DNA from: a bacterium
GTDB lineage: Bacteria > Verrucomicrobiota > Verrucomicrobiia > Limisphaerales > UBA11358
DNA: 64,000 nucleotides
Reading direction: 5' to 3'
NCBI GenBank assembly: GCA_021780905.1
Contig: JAJXXW010000093.1
Coordinates: 1,559 to 65,558 of the forward strand
The position numbers and the translations under genes are program-made. Below are positions 37,626-45,948 of the stretch, in pieces. A model generated the notes under the pieces. The model was not told where the DNA came from. It was given only the letters and a program-made list of their open reading frames with translations, and did no database searches. The stretch's first letter is position 1. Each line of letters opens with the position of its first letter.

Positions 37626-38782
37626 GAGACCTCTGAAAAACTCATTTGAACAGGATGTGATGAAGGGAGTCTGAGAGACATGCACACGACGACCAATCCC
37701 CAGCTTGGACTTTTGGACAGCTTCATGCCTTCGGCTCCGGCCAATGATTTTCTGGAAACGCTCGACACGGCACTGGACTGGAAGCCCATCGAGCAGACCT
37801 TGCAGGCCATGTATCCGGCGACGACGGGACGTCCGCCGTGTGCCCCGCTGGTGCTCTTCAAGATGAGTTTGTTGCAGCATTGCTACGGCCTGTCGGATCT
37901 ACAATGCGAGGAACTGGTGGGCGACCGTTTGAGCTGGCGGCGCTTTGTCGGTCTGGGATTGCAGGATGCCGTGCCAGATGAAACCACGCTGGTCAACTTC
38001 CGCAAGCGGCTGCGCCAATATGGGCAGCACGAAAACCTGCTGACCTTGATCAATCAACAGTTGCAAGCCAAGGGATTGATTTTGAAGACCTGCACGCTGG
38101 TGGATGCGACGCTGTTGCAGGCGGCGCGCCGCGCCCCGGCCAAGGAAGCTACGACCGGCGGGGATGATGATGCGGGCTACACGGTCAAACGGGGCCAGCC
38201 GCATTATGGCTACAAGGCGCATGTGGCGGTGGACGAAACCCACACGTTGATTCGCGCCGTCACGTTGACCAGTGCCAACGTGCATGACAGCCAGGAATTT
38301 GAAACGGTGGTCAAGGGCGACGAGGAAATGGTGATGGCCGACAAGGCGTATTGGAGCCGGGAACGCAGTGAATGGTGCGGCGAGCGTGGCATGGCCAACG
38401 GAATTTTGGAGAAGCCGGGCCGGGGCAAAGAACTGCGGCCGGCGGCGGTGCGGATGAACCGGCTGTTCAGTTCGATCCGCTGCAAGATTGAGAAAGTGTT
38501 TGGCTGGTGGAAACGGAGTGCGGGCTACCGCCGGGTGCGGTATGTGGGCCACGAACGCAACCGGCTGGAACTGGAGTTCAAATCCGTGTGTTGGAACCTG
38601 AAACGGCTGGCCACTTTGAGCGCGGCATGAACCACCATGCCGCCAGCGCCCGCCAGCGGGCGAAAACAACCGGCTGCGCGGGGCCAAAGCGCCTCGGTTT
38701 TCAGTTGGGCAGGCCATTTTCACGTTGAAAAATGTCGAGGACATCAAAACAAACAACTCAAACAGCCTTTTTCAGAGGTCTC
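37626..38782 (+). mobile_element. IS5-family insertion sequence (apparently intact)
   Basis: Perfect 15-bp terminal inverted repeats GAGACCTCTGAAAAA (37626-40) / TTTTTCAGAGGTCTC (38768-82), flanked by 5-bp direct repeat AAGCC (37621-25 / 38783-87). Single 316-aa DDE transposase ORF. Confidence 0.85.
37680..38630 (+). CDS. IS5-family DDE transposase
   Basis: InsH-like N-terminal domain (..GRPPCAPLVLFKMSLLQHCYGLSD..ELVGDRLSWRRF..) plus DDE core (..VDATLL.., ..GYKAHVAVD.., ..MADKAY...IEKVFGWWK..). Confidence 0.9.
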   Translation: MHTTTNPQLGLLDSFMPSAPANDFLETLDTALDWKPIEQTLQAMYPATTGRPPCAPLVLFKMSLLQHCYGLSDLQCEELVGDRLSWRRFVGLGLQDAVPDETTLVNFRKRLRQYGQHENLLTLINQQLQAKGLILKTCTLVDATLLQAARRAPAKEATTGGDDDAGYTVKRGQPHYGYKAHVAVDETHTLIRAVTLTSANVHDSQEFETVVKGDEEMVMADKAYWSRERSEWCGERGMANGILEKPGRGKELRPAAVRMNRLFSSIRCKIEKVFGWWKRSAGYRRVRYVGHERNRLELEFKSVCWNLKRLATLSAA

Positions 38783-39054
38783 AAGCCGTTCCTGATTGCT
38801 GCGGCCTTCGTCATCCTCGTCAGCGCTTGGTGTCGTTGGCATTATTTGTCCGGCTGAACCTGGCACCGGATCCCAGCGTTCCGATTCCGGAACGGCTTCG
38901 AGCGCGGCGGTTTTTGCGCCCACATCCGGCTTCGATGGATTCGTATTCATAAAACAAAAATTACTTTCCGTGGGAAAATGTCTGCGCGCTCTTCGACGCC
39001 TTCATTTCCCGCGTGCAATGACAGCTTGTTGAGTTTTGGATAATTTACGGTGTT

Positions 39055-39795
39055 TCATGGAGCCAGAATGGGTTCGGCTGAAATGACCGTTCCGTTTGGG
39101 GACACATGCTGTGCGGGACTTTTTTCGACGGCATCTTTGGTGAGCTTCACGAAGACGGTGGAATCCTGATAACTGATCCGGTCAATCTGGCTCATCGGTA
39201 TCTGCACATCTTTGCCGGTGAATCGGTGGCCGACTTTGATGACCAGTTGCTGGATGGCCCAGTTCTTCTCGTCCACCATAAAATCACAGACACGACCAGC
39301 GAACCCGTCAGTGGCTTGAAGGCTGTAGCCATTCACGGCCTGCGTGCTGCGCAGATGCGCGTCGGCACGTTCGGCTTTGGGGTCGGTCGCCGCCGGCGGC
39401 TGGCCGGAGGCAAACTTGGGCGGCAGTTCCAAAATCGGAAAGTCACGCATCCCGCCCCACAGTCCGTCACCCTCCCAGTAATAAGGCCAGCCGTAATACC
39501 GATGATAGTCTTCTTCGTATTGGCGCGACACCGGCTTATGCGTTTCAATCGCCGGGCTGTCCTCAATCTGTTTTCGGGTCAGCTTCACGAGCATGGCTTT
39601 GCCGGCGGGATAGACGCTGCCGAAAGCGTGGGGCGAAATCAGCACCTGTCGTCCCGGCAACCAATTGCCCGTGTCCGCAACGACATAACGAACCGCCCAG
39701 GTGAGATCGTTGAAATAAAAATCTTTCACCTGGCCGATGTCGCCATCCGACGCGCCGAGTTTGCTTCCGTATAGTTTTTGAATGCTTCGTAACAT
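39055..39795 (-). CDS. PRC-barrel domain protein (two PRC barrels)
   Basis: ..LGASDGDIGQVKDFYFNDLTWAVRYVVADTG.. and a second ..LQATDGFAGRVCDFMVDEKNWAIQQLVI.. module. Confidence 0.8.
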   Translation of the reverse strand: MLRSIQKLYGSKLGASDGDIGQVKDFYFNDLTWAVRYVVADTGNWLPGRQVLISPHAFGSVYPAGKAMLVKLTRKQIEDSPAIETHKPVSRQYEEDYHRYYGWPYYWEGDGLWGGMRDFPILELPPKFASGQPPAATDPKAERADAHLRSTQAVNGYSLQATDGFAGRVCDFMVDEKNWAIQQLVIKVGHRFTGKDVQIPMSQIDRISYQDSTVFVKLTKDAVEKSPAQHVSPNGTVISAEPILAP

Positions 39796-39832
39796 AAATT
39801 TGCCTGTTGTTTGGATTGTGTGAGCCGCAGGG

Positions 39833-39988
39833 TCAAATTCTGCCCAGCAACAGCAGGACCAGCAGAATCACCGCAACCAAGCCGAGTCCGCCGCTGGGAT
39901 AGTAACCCCAAGTCCGGCTGTGCGGCCACGTCGGCAGCGCGCCGAGCAGCATGAGAACGAGCAGCACCAATAAGATAGTTCCTAACAT
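39833..39988 (-). CDS. DUF3309-family small membrane protein
   Basis: [56 protein letters not shown] sits 5 nt upstream of the ATG. No stop separates it from the upstream reading frame. Confidence 0.7.
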   Translation of the reverse strand: MLGTILLVLLVLMLLGALPTWPHSRTWGYYPSGGLGLVAVILLVLLLLGRI

Positions 39989-40290
39989 AATGTTCCTTTC
40001 AATCTGTGGTTGTGGTTGGTGAAAATATTTTCCGCGATTGTCGTCACGCCGATCGTCCTTCCGGCTCTGGCCTTGGTTTTCACCAGACGGCTTCCAGTTC
40101 TTGGGATATTGCTTGACCACTTCAGTGTGATGCTGGGCTGGCGAGTCGTGGAAATTCATCTTCACCGACGGCGACGCCCGCAGCACGTTCTCCGAGATTC
40201 CGCGCGGCGCGGACCGGGAAACCCACGCGTTGCCTTCGCGGTAGGCGTATTGATGCCGACTGACGCTGTAATAACATTCATAATTCGGGT

Positions 40291-41521
40291 CACAAATGTC
40301 CCCCAGCTTTGAGGGTTGGGTGAGGTAAAAAAGAGTTGGCTTGCGGGTTTGAACCCGGCCACAAGGTCGGGGATGAAAAAAAACAACGCGCCGCCAACCA
40401 ACGCGCAGCAGATTCACCCTCCTGCACCAACTCTGCGATCTGATTCCGACGCACCTCGTGCCCCAACTGGCCCGGGACACCGGGGTCGAGGAAAAGTCCC
40501 GCACCTTCACCCCGGCTTTGGCGGTCGCCGCCGGCCGAAGTTCGCCTTCCGCTTCCAACGCGCCATCCACCTCGTGGACACCACCCCCATCCCACTCATC
40601 GCCCGCTGTAGGGACTGGGCCCAACACCGCCGCCGCAAGGCCGCCGCCCAATGCCATCTCCGCCTGGATCTGCAAACCTTCCTGCCCCGCTTTGCCATCG
40701 GCGGCACCGCCGGCGAACACGACAGCCTCCGCGCCCGCGAACTCTGCGCGGGCGTGCGGGCCGGGGAAATCGTCATTTTCGCCAAGGCGTATCTGGACTT
40801 CGCCCATCTGGCTGACCTGGCGATGCGCGGCGCTTTCTGGGTCACCCGCGCCAAGGACAATTGGCGCTGCCGGGGGGGGCGCAAGTTCCAGCGCGGTCGC
40901 CACGGAAACATTCTTCGCGACGACCTGATCCACCTCACCGGTCCGGCCCGCAAGTATTACCCCGTCGAGCTGCGCCGGGTGGTCGCGCTCGTCGAGGGGG
41001 ACGGCCAAATGCGCGAGATGACTTTTCTGACGAACCACTTGGAATGGAGCGCGCCGACCATCGCCGACCTCTACCGCTGCCGCTGGGAGATCGAGGTGTT
41101 CTTCAAGCAGATCAAACAAACGCTGCAACTGGCGGACTTCTTGGGCAACAGCGCCCACGCCGCGCAGTGGCAAATCTGGACCGCGCTGCTGACCTACGTG
41201 CGGCTGCGCTGCTGCGCGTGGCTTAGGCAGTGGACGCACAGTTTCACCCGCCTCTTTGCGTTGTTGCGCTCGGCCCTGTGGCAGAAACTCGACCTGCGCA
41301 GCCTGCGGGAAGTCTGTGGGACAGCCGGAGGCGGCGGTCGCTTTTGGGGCACGCCCCAGCAGGCTTTTCTTGCCGGATTCGGATGAAGCTAGGGGACAGC
41401 CGCTTCGCATGAACACGTGACCGATTCAAAAATCCTTAAACTCGTTTTCGCTGCCGCCCCTCGATTCCTTCGGAAAACCATGCCGAAAGGCGAGAATCAC
41501 GCGGCTATTGGGACGACACTG
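40291..41521 (+). mobile_element. decayed IS4-family element (non-autonomous relic)
   Basis: Flanked by a perfect 9-bp direct repeat AATTCGGGT (40282-90 / 41522-30). Only imperfect terminal inverted repeats (CACAAATGTCCCCC.. vs CAGTGTCGTCCC..). The transposase is frameshifted and internally deleted. Confidence 0.75.
40316..41386 (+). pseudogene. IS4-family DDE transposase, disrupted
   Basis: Core ..AIHLVDTTPI.., ..FWVTRAK.., ..YRCRWEIEVFFKQIKQ.. in one frame. The N-terminal-domain-like peptide RSRFTLLHQLCDLIPTHLVPQLARDTGVEEKSRTFTP is in another frame, behind an A8 run (40376-83). About 90 aa appear to be missing between the two parts. Confidence 0.75.
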
Positions 41522-41693
41522 AATTCGGGTAATAAATATAGTCGTCCTGCACGACAGCTACCCCCGGCTGCGCATAATATCCGGCGCGCGGCCCATCCAC
41601 ATAACCCACGCAGCCAGTCAGCGTGACCAAGAATGTAAAGCATAGCGCGAGCCCGACTTTGTTTGTTCCGAGAAAAATTTGTTTCTTGTTTAT

Positions 41694-41742
41694 AAGTTGA
41701 GAATAGTCCCGCCACGCATTGTCCGCTATGGGGTGTAACCCT
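41694..41742 (-). promoter_or_regulatory. motif site A: AGGGTTACACCCCATAG-N20-TATTCT-N6-ATA
   Basis: 17-nt block 41726-41742 is identical to 50127-50143. A -10-like TATTCT follows, and the ATA codon at 41693 lies 32 nt from the motif. Confidence 0.55.
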
Positions 41743-41754
41743 GCCGGCGGGTTC

Positions 41755-43212
41755 TTACTCCATTGCGGCCAGCAGTTCGTCCAGCGGCACGGTGGCGAAG
41801 CTGGTGGCGGAGTCACTCATCGCATAGGGAATGATGAGTTCGCGTCCATGCAGCAGCGCGCCGCAGGTATAAACCACGTTCGGCACATAGCCTTCGCGCT
41901 CGGCTTCGTTCGGACACAGAAACGGCTCGCGCAGGCGGCCAATGACGCGCGTGGGATCGTTCAAATCAAGCAGGATGGCACCGAGGCAATACTTGCGCAT
42001 CGCGCCGACGCCGTGAGTCAGCACTAGCCAGCCCGTCTCGGTTTCAAGCGGCGAACCGCAGTTGCCCAGCTTGATGAATTCCCACGGTTGCACGGGGGTG
42101 AGCAAGATTTTAGGCGTCTGCCAGAAATGGAGGTTGTCCGAAAACATCAGCAAAATGTTCTCGTCATCCTGGCGCGAGAGCATGGCGTAATGCCCGTTGA
42201 TTTTGCGCGGAAACAGCGCCATGCCCTTGTTCTGCACGGCGGGGCCGTTGAGCGTGCGAAATTTGAAATGCAGGAAGTCCGGCGTCTCCAGTAATTGCGG
42301 CAGGGTGATCTTGCCGTCGTAGGCCGTGTAGGTCGCGTAGTAAGCGAAACTGCCGCCCTCGTTCAAAAAGCGGACGAAGCGCGCATCTTCGATGCCGTTG
42401 CTCTGGCTGGGCGCGGACGGAAAAAGCACGCGCTGCGAAATTTTGCTCCCAGGCGCGAAGTGGACTTCGTAATTTGATTCCGCCAGCAGCAGGATGCCGC
42501 GCGCGGCGCGGGCCGCAGTGGCGTCGGAAGTGTCCGTCAGGCCGAACGCCACCAGAACCGCATGCAGTTCCTTGAGGGTGAAATCCTCATGCAGCTTGTC
42601 CAGCACGCGCCGGCAAAAATCATTTTGCACGCCGGCCTCCTCCAGTTTGTGGGCGAACAATCCCTTGACGTAGGCGACGTCGGGCACGCGCTCCGGCTCG
42701 GCCACAAACGGCACGGGCGGCGTGAGCGTGATGCGCTGATGGGCGCTGACGACGCCGACGCGGAAGGTGATGGAGGAAATGTGTCCCTCGCCCGTGGCGC
42801 GCAAACTCAAAATGAAACGCAGCGCGCCTTTGGGCAATCCGCTCTGATCGGGATGCGGCACGATGGACGGATTGAAGAGGGCCGCTGATTCCGGCGAATA
42901 CTCGTGCGTGAAGTAAGCGCCGATGAGCATCTGCCGTTCGGGCGAGAGCAACACGCCGGGTTCGAGATAAATCTTCACCTGCTCGAAACGGTTGCGAAAA
43001 GTAACGTCCACTTGCTCGTGCCGGTCCGTGAACTCGCCGAGCACACGGACGAGCAACCTGGCGACTTCCTGCTCCGGCAAGACCATGACCCGCGCGACGA
43101 TCCGCCGCGAGATGTCATCGGTGGTCGGACGAAACGGGCGCAGCAGCACGCGCGAACGATCTGGAATCAGCGTCGGCCCGATGCGTTTGGCGTGGAGGGT
43201 GGTGGTTTTCAA
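41755..43212 (-). CDS. GH130-family glycosidase/phosphorylase-like protein with long N-terminal extension
   Basis: ..GIEDARFVRF.., ..GYVPNVVYTCG.. beta-propeller GH130/DUF377-like signatures in the C-terminal 300 aa. Confidence 0.7.
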   Translation of the reverse strand: MKTTTLHAKRIGPTLIPDRSRVLLRPFRPTTDDISRRIVARVMVLPEQEVARLLVRVLGEFTDRHEQVDVTFRNRFEQVKIYLEPGVLLSPERQMLIGAYFTHEYSPESAALFNPSIVPHPDQSGLPKGALRFILSLRATGEGHISSITFRVGVVSAHQRITLTPPVPFVAEPERVPDVAYVKGLFAHKLEEAGVQNDFCRRVLDKLHEDFTLKELHAVLVAFGLTDTSDATAARAARGILLLAESNYEVHFAPGSKISQRVLFPSAPSQSNGIEDARFVRFLNEGGSFAYYATYTAYDGKITLPQLLETPDFLHFKFRTLNGPAVQNKGMALFPRKINGHYAMLSRQDDENILLMFSDNLHFWQTPKILLTPVQPWEFIKLGNCGSPLETETGWLVLTHGVGAMRKYCLGAILLDLNDPTRVIGRLREPFLCPNEAEREGYVPNVVYTCGALLHGRELIIPYAMSDSATSFATVPLDELLAAME

Positions 43213-43291
43213 TCAGGTAAAGTCTCGGTTACATGGGCGGGAAAGCGAGCATTGATTTCCGCTGCTTGATTCCCATGATGTTCGCGGCGGT

Positions 43292-45922
43292 TTATTTTCG
43301 CGGTTCGTTTTTCCGAATCTCCTGTTCCGCCTGCTCCCAATTCTGAACCGCATGACCGTCGTGGCGGCCTTGCTGCTCGTAGGCGCGCTTGGCGATCTCT
43401 GGTGTCACATCAACCGGTTTCCTGGCCCCAGCCTTGACCACGCGCCATTTGATCAGCACGACCTTCACCGCGTCGTTGACCAGCAGGCACGCGACCAGCG
43501 CATAGACGAAAATCACGAGCGTCTGCCCCCAAGGCAAGGGCAGGAGTCCCGGAAGACCCACCAACGTCAGCACGGTGCCCGCGAGCGCGCCCGCCAGGAG
43601 CGACGCCAGGAAGGACTTGCTCGGCAGTGTCGCCCAGAACCAGCGTCGCTCTCGCACCGACACGGCGGAAAAAACGCAAAAATAAAGCAGCGTCAGGAAG
43701 CTGAAGGTGCCGAGCGCATGGCTATCCGTCGCCAAACCGAAACGTGACCAGCCGATCCATAAGAAGAAAAGTGTTTCCGCGACCATCGCGACGCCGAGGA
43801 CCACGGAGACTAAGATGAAGCTCCCGATCACCCACGTCTCCGGTTTCCTGGAGGGTTGAACGCGGTCGGTGGCCAGGGCGATGGTCGCGAAGTCCAGCAC
43901 GAACACGAGCAGCAGCATCGCCAGGACGGAGACCACAAACTTGCCGGTCACCATGAACGCGATGGCGACGAACGCCGCCTTCAGGATCGTCCGGCTGATC
44001 TTGTTGATGATCCACGTCAGAATGCGCTGGTAAATCGTCCGCCCCTGCTCAACCAGCGCCACGATATTCGTCAATCCCGCTTCGGTCAGGACGACGCTTG
44101 CGGCACCCTTGGCCACGTCCGTCGCGGTGCTGACGGCGATGCCGACTTCGGCCTGGCGGAGCGCGGGCGCGTCGTTGACGCCATCGCCCGTCATGCCGGT
44201 GACATGCCCCGCAGCTTGCAGGTGTTTCACCACGGTGTATTTGTCTTCGGGAAATACTTCCGCGAAACCATCGGCACCCGCGAACAGGTCAACTGTTTGG
44301 TTGCCGGCCGCCGCGCTCGCCGCTTTCAACTCCGCCACGCGCTTGATGTTGGGCAATCCGACGCCGCTCCCGATCTCACACGCCACGGGCAGCGCGTCGC
44401 CGGTGAGCATCTTCACCGGCACGCCAAGATCGTGAAGCGTGGCGATAAGTTGCTTGGCGTCCGGCCGCGGCGGATCATACAACGACACCAATCCGACCAA
44501 AGTGAGAGCGCCTGTCTCAGGGCCGTGCGCCACCGCCAGTGTCCGATAGCCCTTTACCGCCGCCGCGCTGACCCGCGCCTCCAACGCCTCGATGGCCGGG
44601 GGCTGGAATCCGCAGGCTTCGGCGATGGTGCGCACGGCGCCTTTCATCACGCGCAGCCGCTGACCGCTCTGTTCCACCACGGCTTCCGTCCGCCGGTTTT
44701 TTGCCTCAAACGGTGCGAACGAAACCGGCGTGACCTTGGGCAGATTGTCGAAGACGTGCCGGTCTTTGGCTGCCGTGAGAAACGCGAGGTCTATCGGGTC
44801 TTGGTTGGCTTCCTGCGATGCGAGCGCGCCGGCGAACAGCACATCGGCTTCCGTCGCGTGCTCCAGCGGAATCACGCCGGTGACAGCGAGTTGGTTCATC
44901 GTGATCGTGCCCGTCTTGTCCACGCAGAGCACGTCCATCGTCGCGGCATCCTCCGCCGCGCTAAGACGAGTCACCAGCACGCCGCGCTTCGCCAGTTCTT
45001 TCGACCCGACAGCCATGCTGACTGTGAACATGACCGGGAGTGCGACCGGCACCGCGCTCATCAGCAGGACGAGCATGAGCGGAATCATTTCCATGAGCGG
45101 CGTGCCGCGAACCAGCGACAGCACGATCACCACGCCCAGCAGCGCGCCGACGATGACGAAGAGCCAGCGGACGACCTTGGTTACAACTGCTTCGATGTGA
45201 AGTTTTGGCCGCGCCTCCTGCACGAGTTGCGTCGTGCGGCCAAAATAGGTTTTCGCCCCGGTCAACATCACCACGCCGTTGCCTTCGCCCCGGCGGACGA
45301 CCGACCCGGACGAGAGCACTTCGCCCGGCTTCTTGTCGGCGTCCTTCGATTCGCCGGTGAGTGCCGATTGGTCAACACTCATCGCGCCGGTCAGAAGCTT
45401 CACGTCCGCCGGAATGATGTCGCCGGGGCGAACACGGACGATGTCGCCGGGAACCAGTTCGCGGGCGGGAATGACCTGCCAGCTTGAATCACGCAAGACG
45501 CGCGCATTGACCTGCAACCGTTTTCGCAGCGCCTCAACCACACCAGCGGCCCGGCTTTCCTGCATGAAACTCAACACCGCGTTGATCACCAGCAGCGCGC
45601 CCACGACGGCGAGGTCTGAATAATTTCCCAGCACGGCGGACAGCACCATGATCAGTTCGAGCATCCACGCGGAGATGCCCCAAAACTTCTTCAGGAATTT
45701 GAGGATCGGGTGGCCTTTGGTTTTGGCCACTTCGTTGAAGCCGTTTTCTTTCCGGCGGGTTTCCACCTCGGTCCGCGCCAGCCCGGTGTCGGGGTTGACT
45801 TTGAGCGACGCCAGCGTGTCGGGAACCGACGCCGAGGCAATGTCCGGCGGCTTGGTGCCGGCGGGCTGGGCGGGTGGCGGCTTGGTTTCGGGCTTATTTG
45901 GCGGCGTTGGCATAGTGGACAT
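43292..45922 (-). CDS. P-type ATPase, plasma-membrane H+-ATPase (P3A) type
   Basis: CVDKTGTITMNQL phosphorylation site and MTGDGVNDAPALRQAEVGIAV hinge; 10-TM-like layout. ATG 45922 preceded by GGAGAG. Confidence 0.9.
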   Translation of the reverse strand: MSTMPTPPNKPETKPPPAQPAGTKPPDIASASVPDTLASLKVNPDTGLARTEVETRRKENGFNEVAKTKGHPILKFLKKFWGISAWMLELIMVLSAVLGNYSDLAVVGALLVINAVLSFMQESRAAGVVEALRKRLQVNARVLRDSSWQVIPARELVPGDIVRVRPGDIIPADVKLLTGAMSVDQSALTGESKDADKKPGEVLSSGSVVRRGEGNGVVMLTGAKTYFGRTTQLVQEARPKLHIEAVVTKVVRWLFVIVGALLGVVIVLSLVRGTPLMEMIPLMLVLLMSAVPVALPVMFTVSMAVGSKELAKRGVLVTRLSAAEDAATMDVLCVDKTGTITMNQLAVTGVIPLEHATEADVLFAGALASQEANQDPIDLAFLTAAKDRHVFDNLPKVTPVSFAPFEAKNRRTEAVVEQSGQRLRVMKGAVRTIAEACGFQPPAIEALEARVSAAAVKGYRTLAVAHGPETGALTLVGLVSLYDPPRPDAKQLIATLHDLGVPVKMLTGDALPVACEIGSGVGLPNIKRVAELKAASAAAGNQTVDLFAGADGFAEVFPEDKYTVVKHLQAAGHVTGMTGDGVNDAPALRQAEVGIAVSTATDVAKGAASVVLTEAGLTNIVALVEQGRTIYQRILTWIINKISRTILKAAFVAIAFMVTGKFVVSVLAMLLLVFVLDFATIALATDRVQPSRKPETWVIGSFILVSVVLGVAMVAETLFFLWIGWSRFGLATDSHALGTFSFLTLLYFCVFSAVSVRERRWFWATLPSKSFLASLLAGALAGTVLTLVGLPGLLPLPWGQTLVIFVYALVACLLVNDAVKVVLIKWRVVKAGARKPVDVTPEIAKRAYEQQGRHDGHAVQNWEQAEQEIRKNEPRK

Positions 45923-45948
45923 TCTCTCCGTGGCTGCTCGGTTGACCG

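Larger units (their letters stand above)
37552..38950 (-). pseudogene. small (78-aa when restored) acidic protein gene interrupted by the IS5-family element
   Basis: Removing 37626-38782 plus one TSD copy joins ..DEGRSNQERL to VEKGIADAERDQMIKAGKDSAV* in frame. The restored stop (37552-54) lies 4 nt upstream of the MlaA-like start. Confidence 0.6.
39989..41693 (-). pseudogene. Tyr-rich lipoprotein gene interrupted by the IS4-family relic (start codon position reads ATA)
   Basis: N-part ..(I)NKKQIFLGTNKVGLALCFTFLVTLTGCVGY..DDYIYYPN | C-part YECYYSVSRHQYAYREGNAWVSRSAP..MNFHDSPAQHHTEVVKQYPKNWKP.. Removing 40291-41521 plus one TSD copy restores ..YIYYPNYECYY.. in frame. Lipobox LTGC. Confidence 0.6.

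Noticed and set aside
39989-41416. Upstream 475 aa of the 527-aa minus-strand ORF 39833-41416
   Set aside because: It is a composite. The part between 40291 and 41416 is antisense to the IS4 transposase and non-coding-like. Only the C-terminal stretches (Tyr-rich lipoprotein C-part and DUF3309) look genuine, and these are annotated separately.
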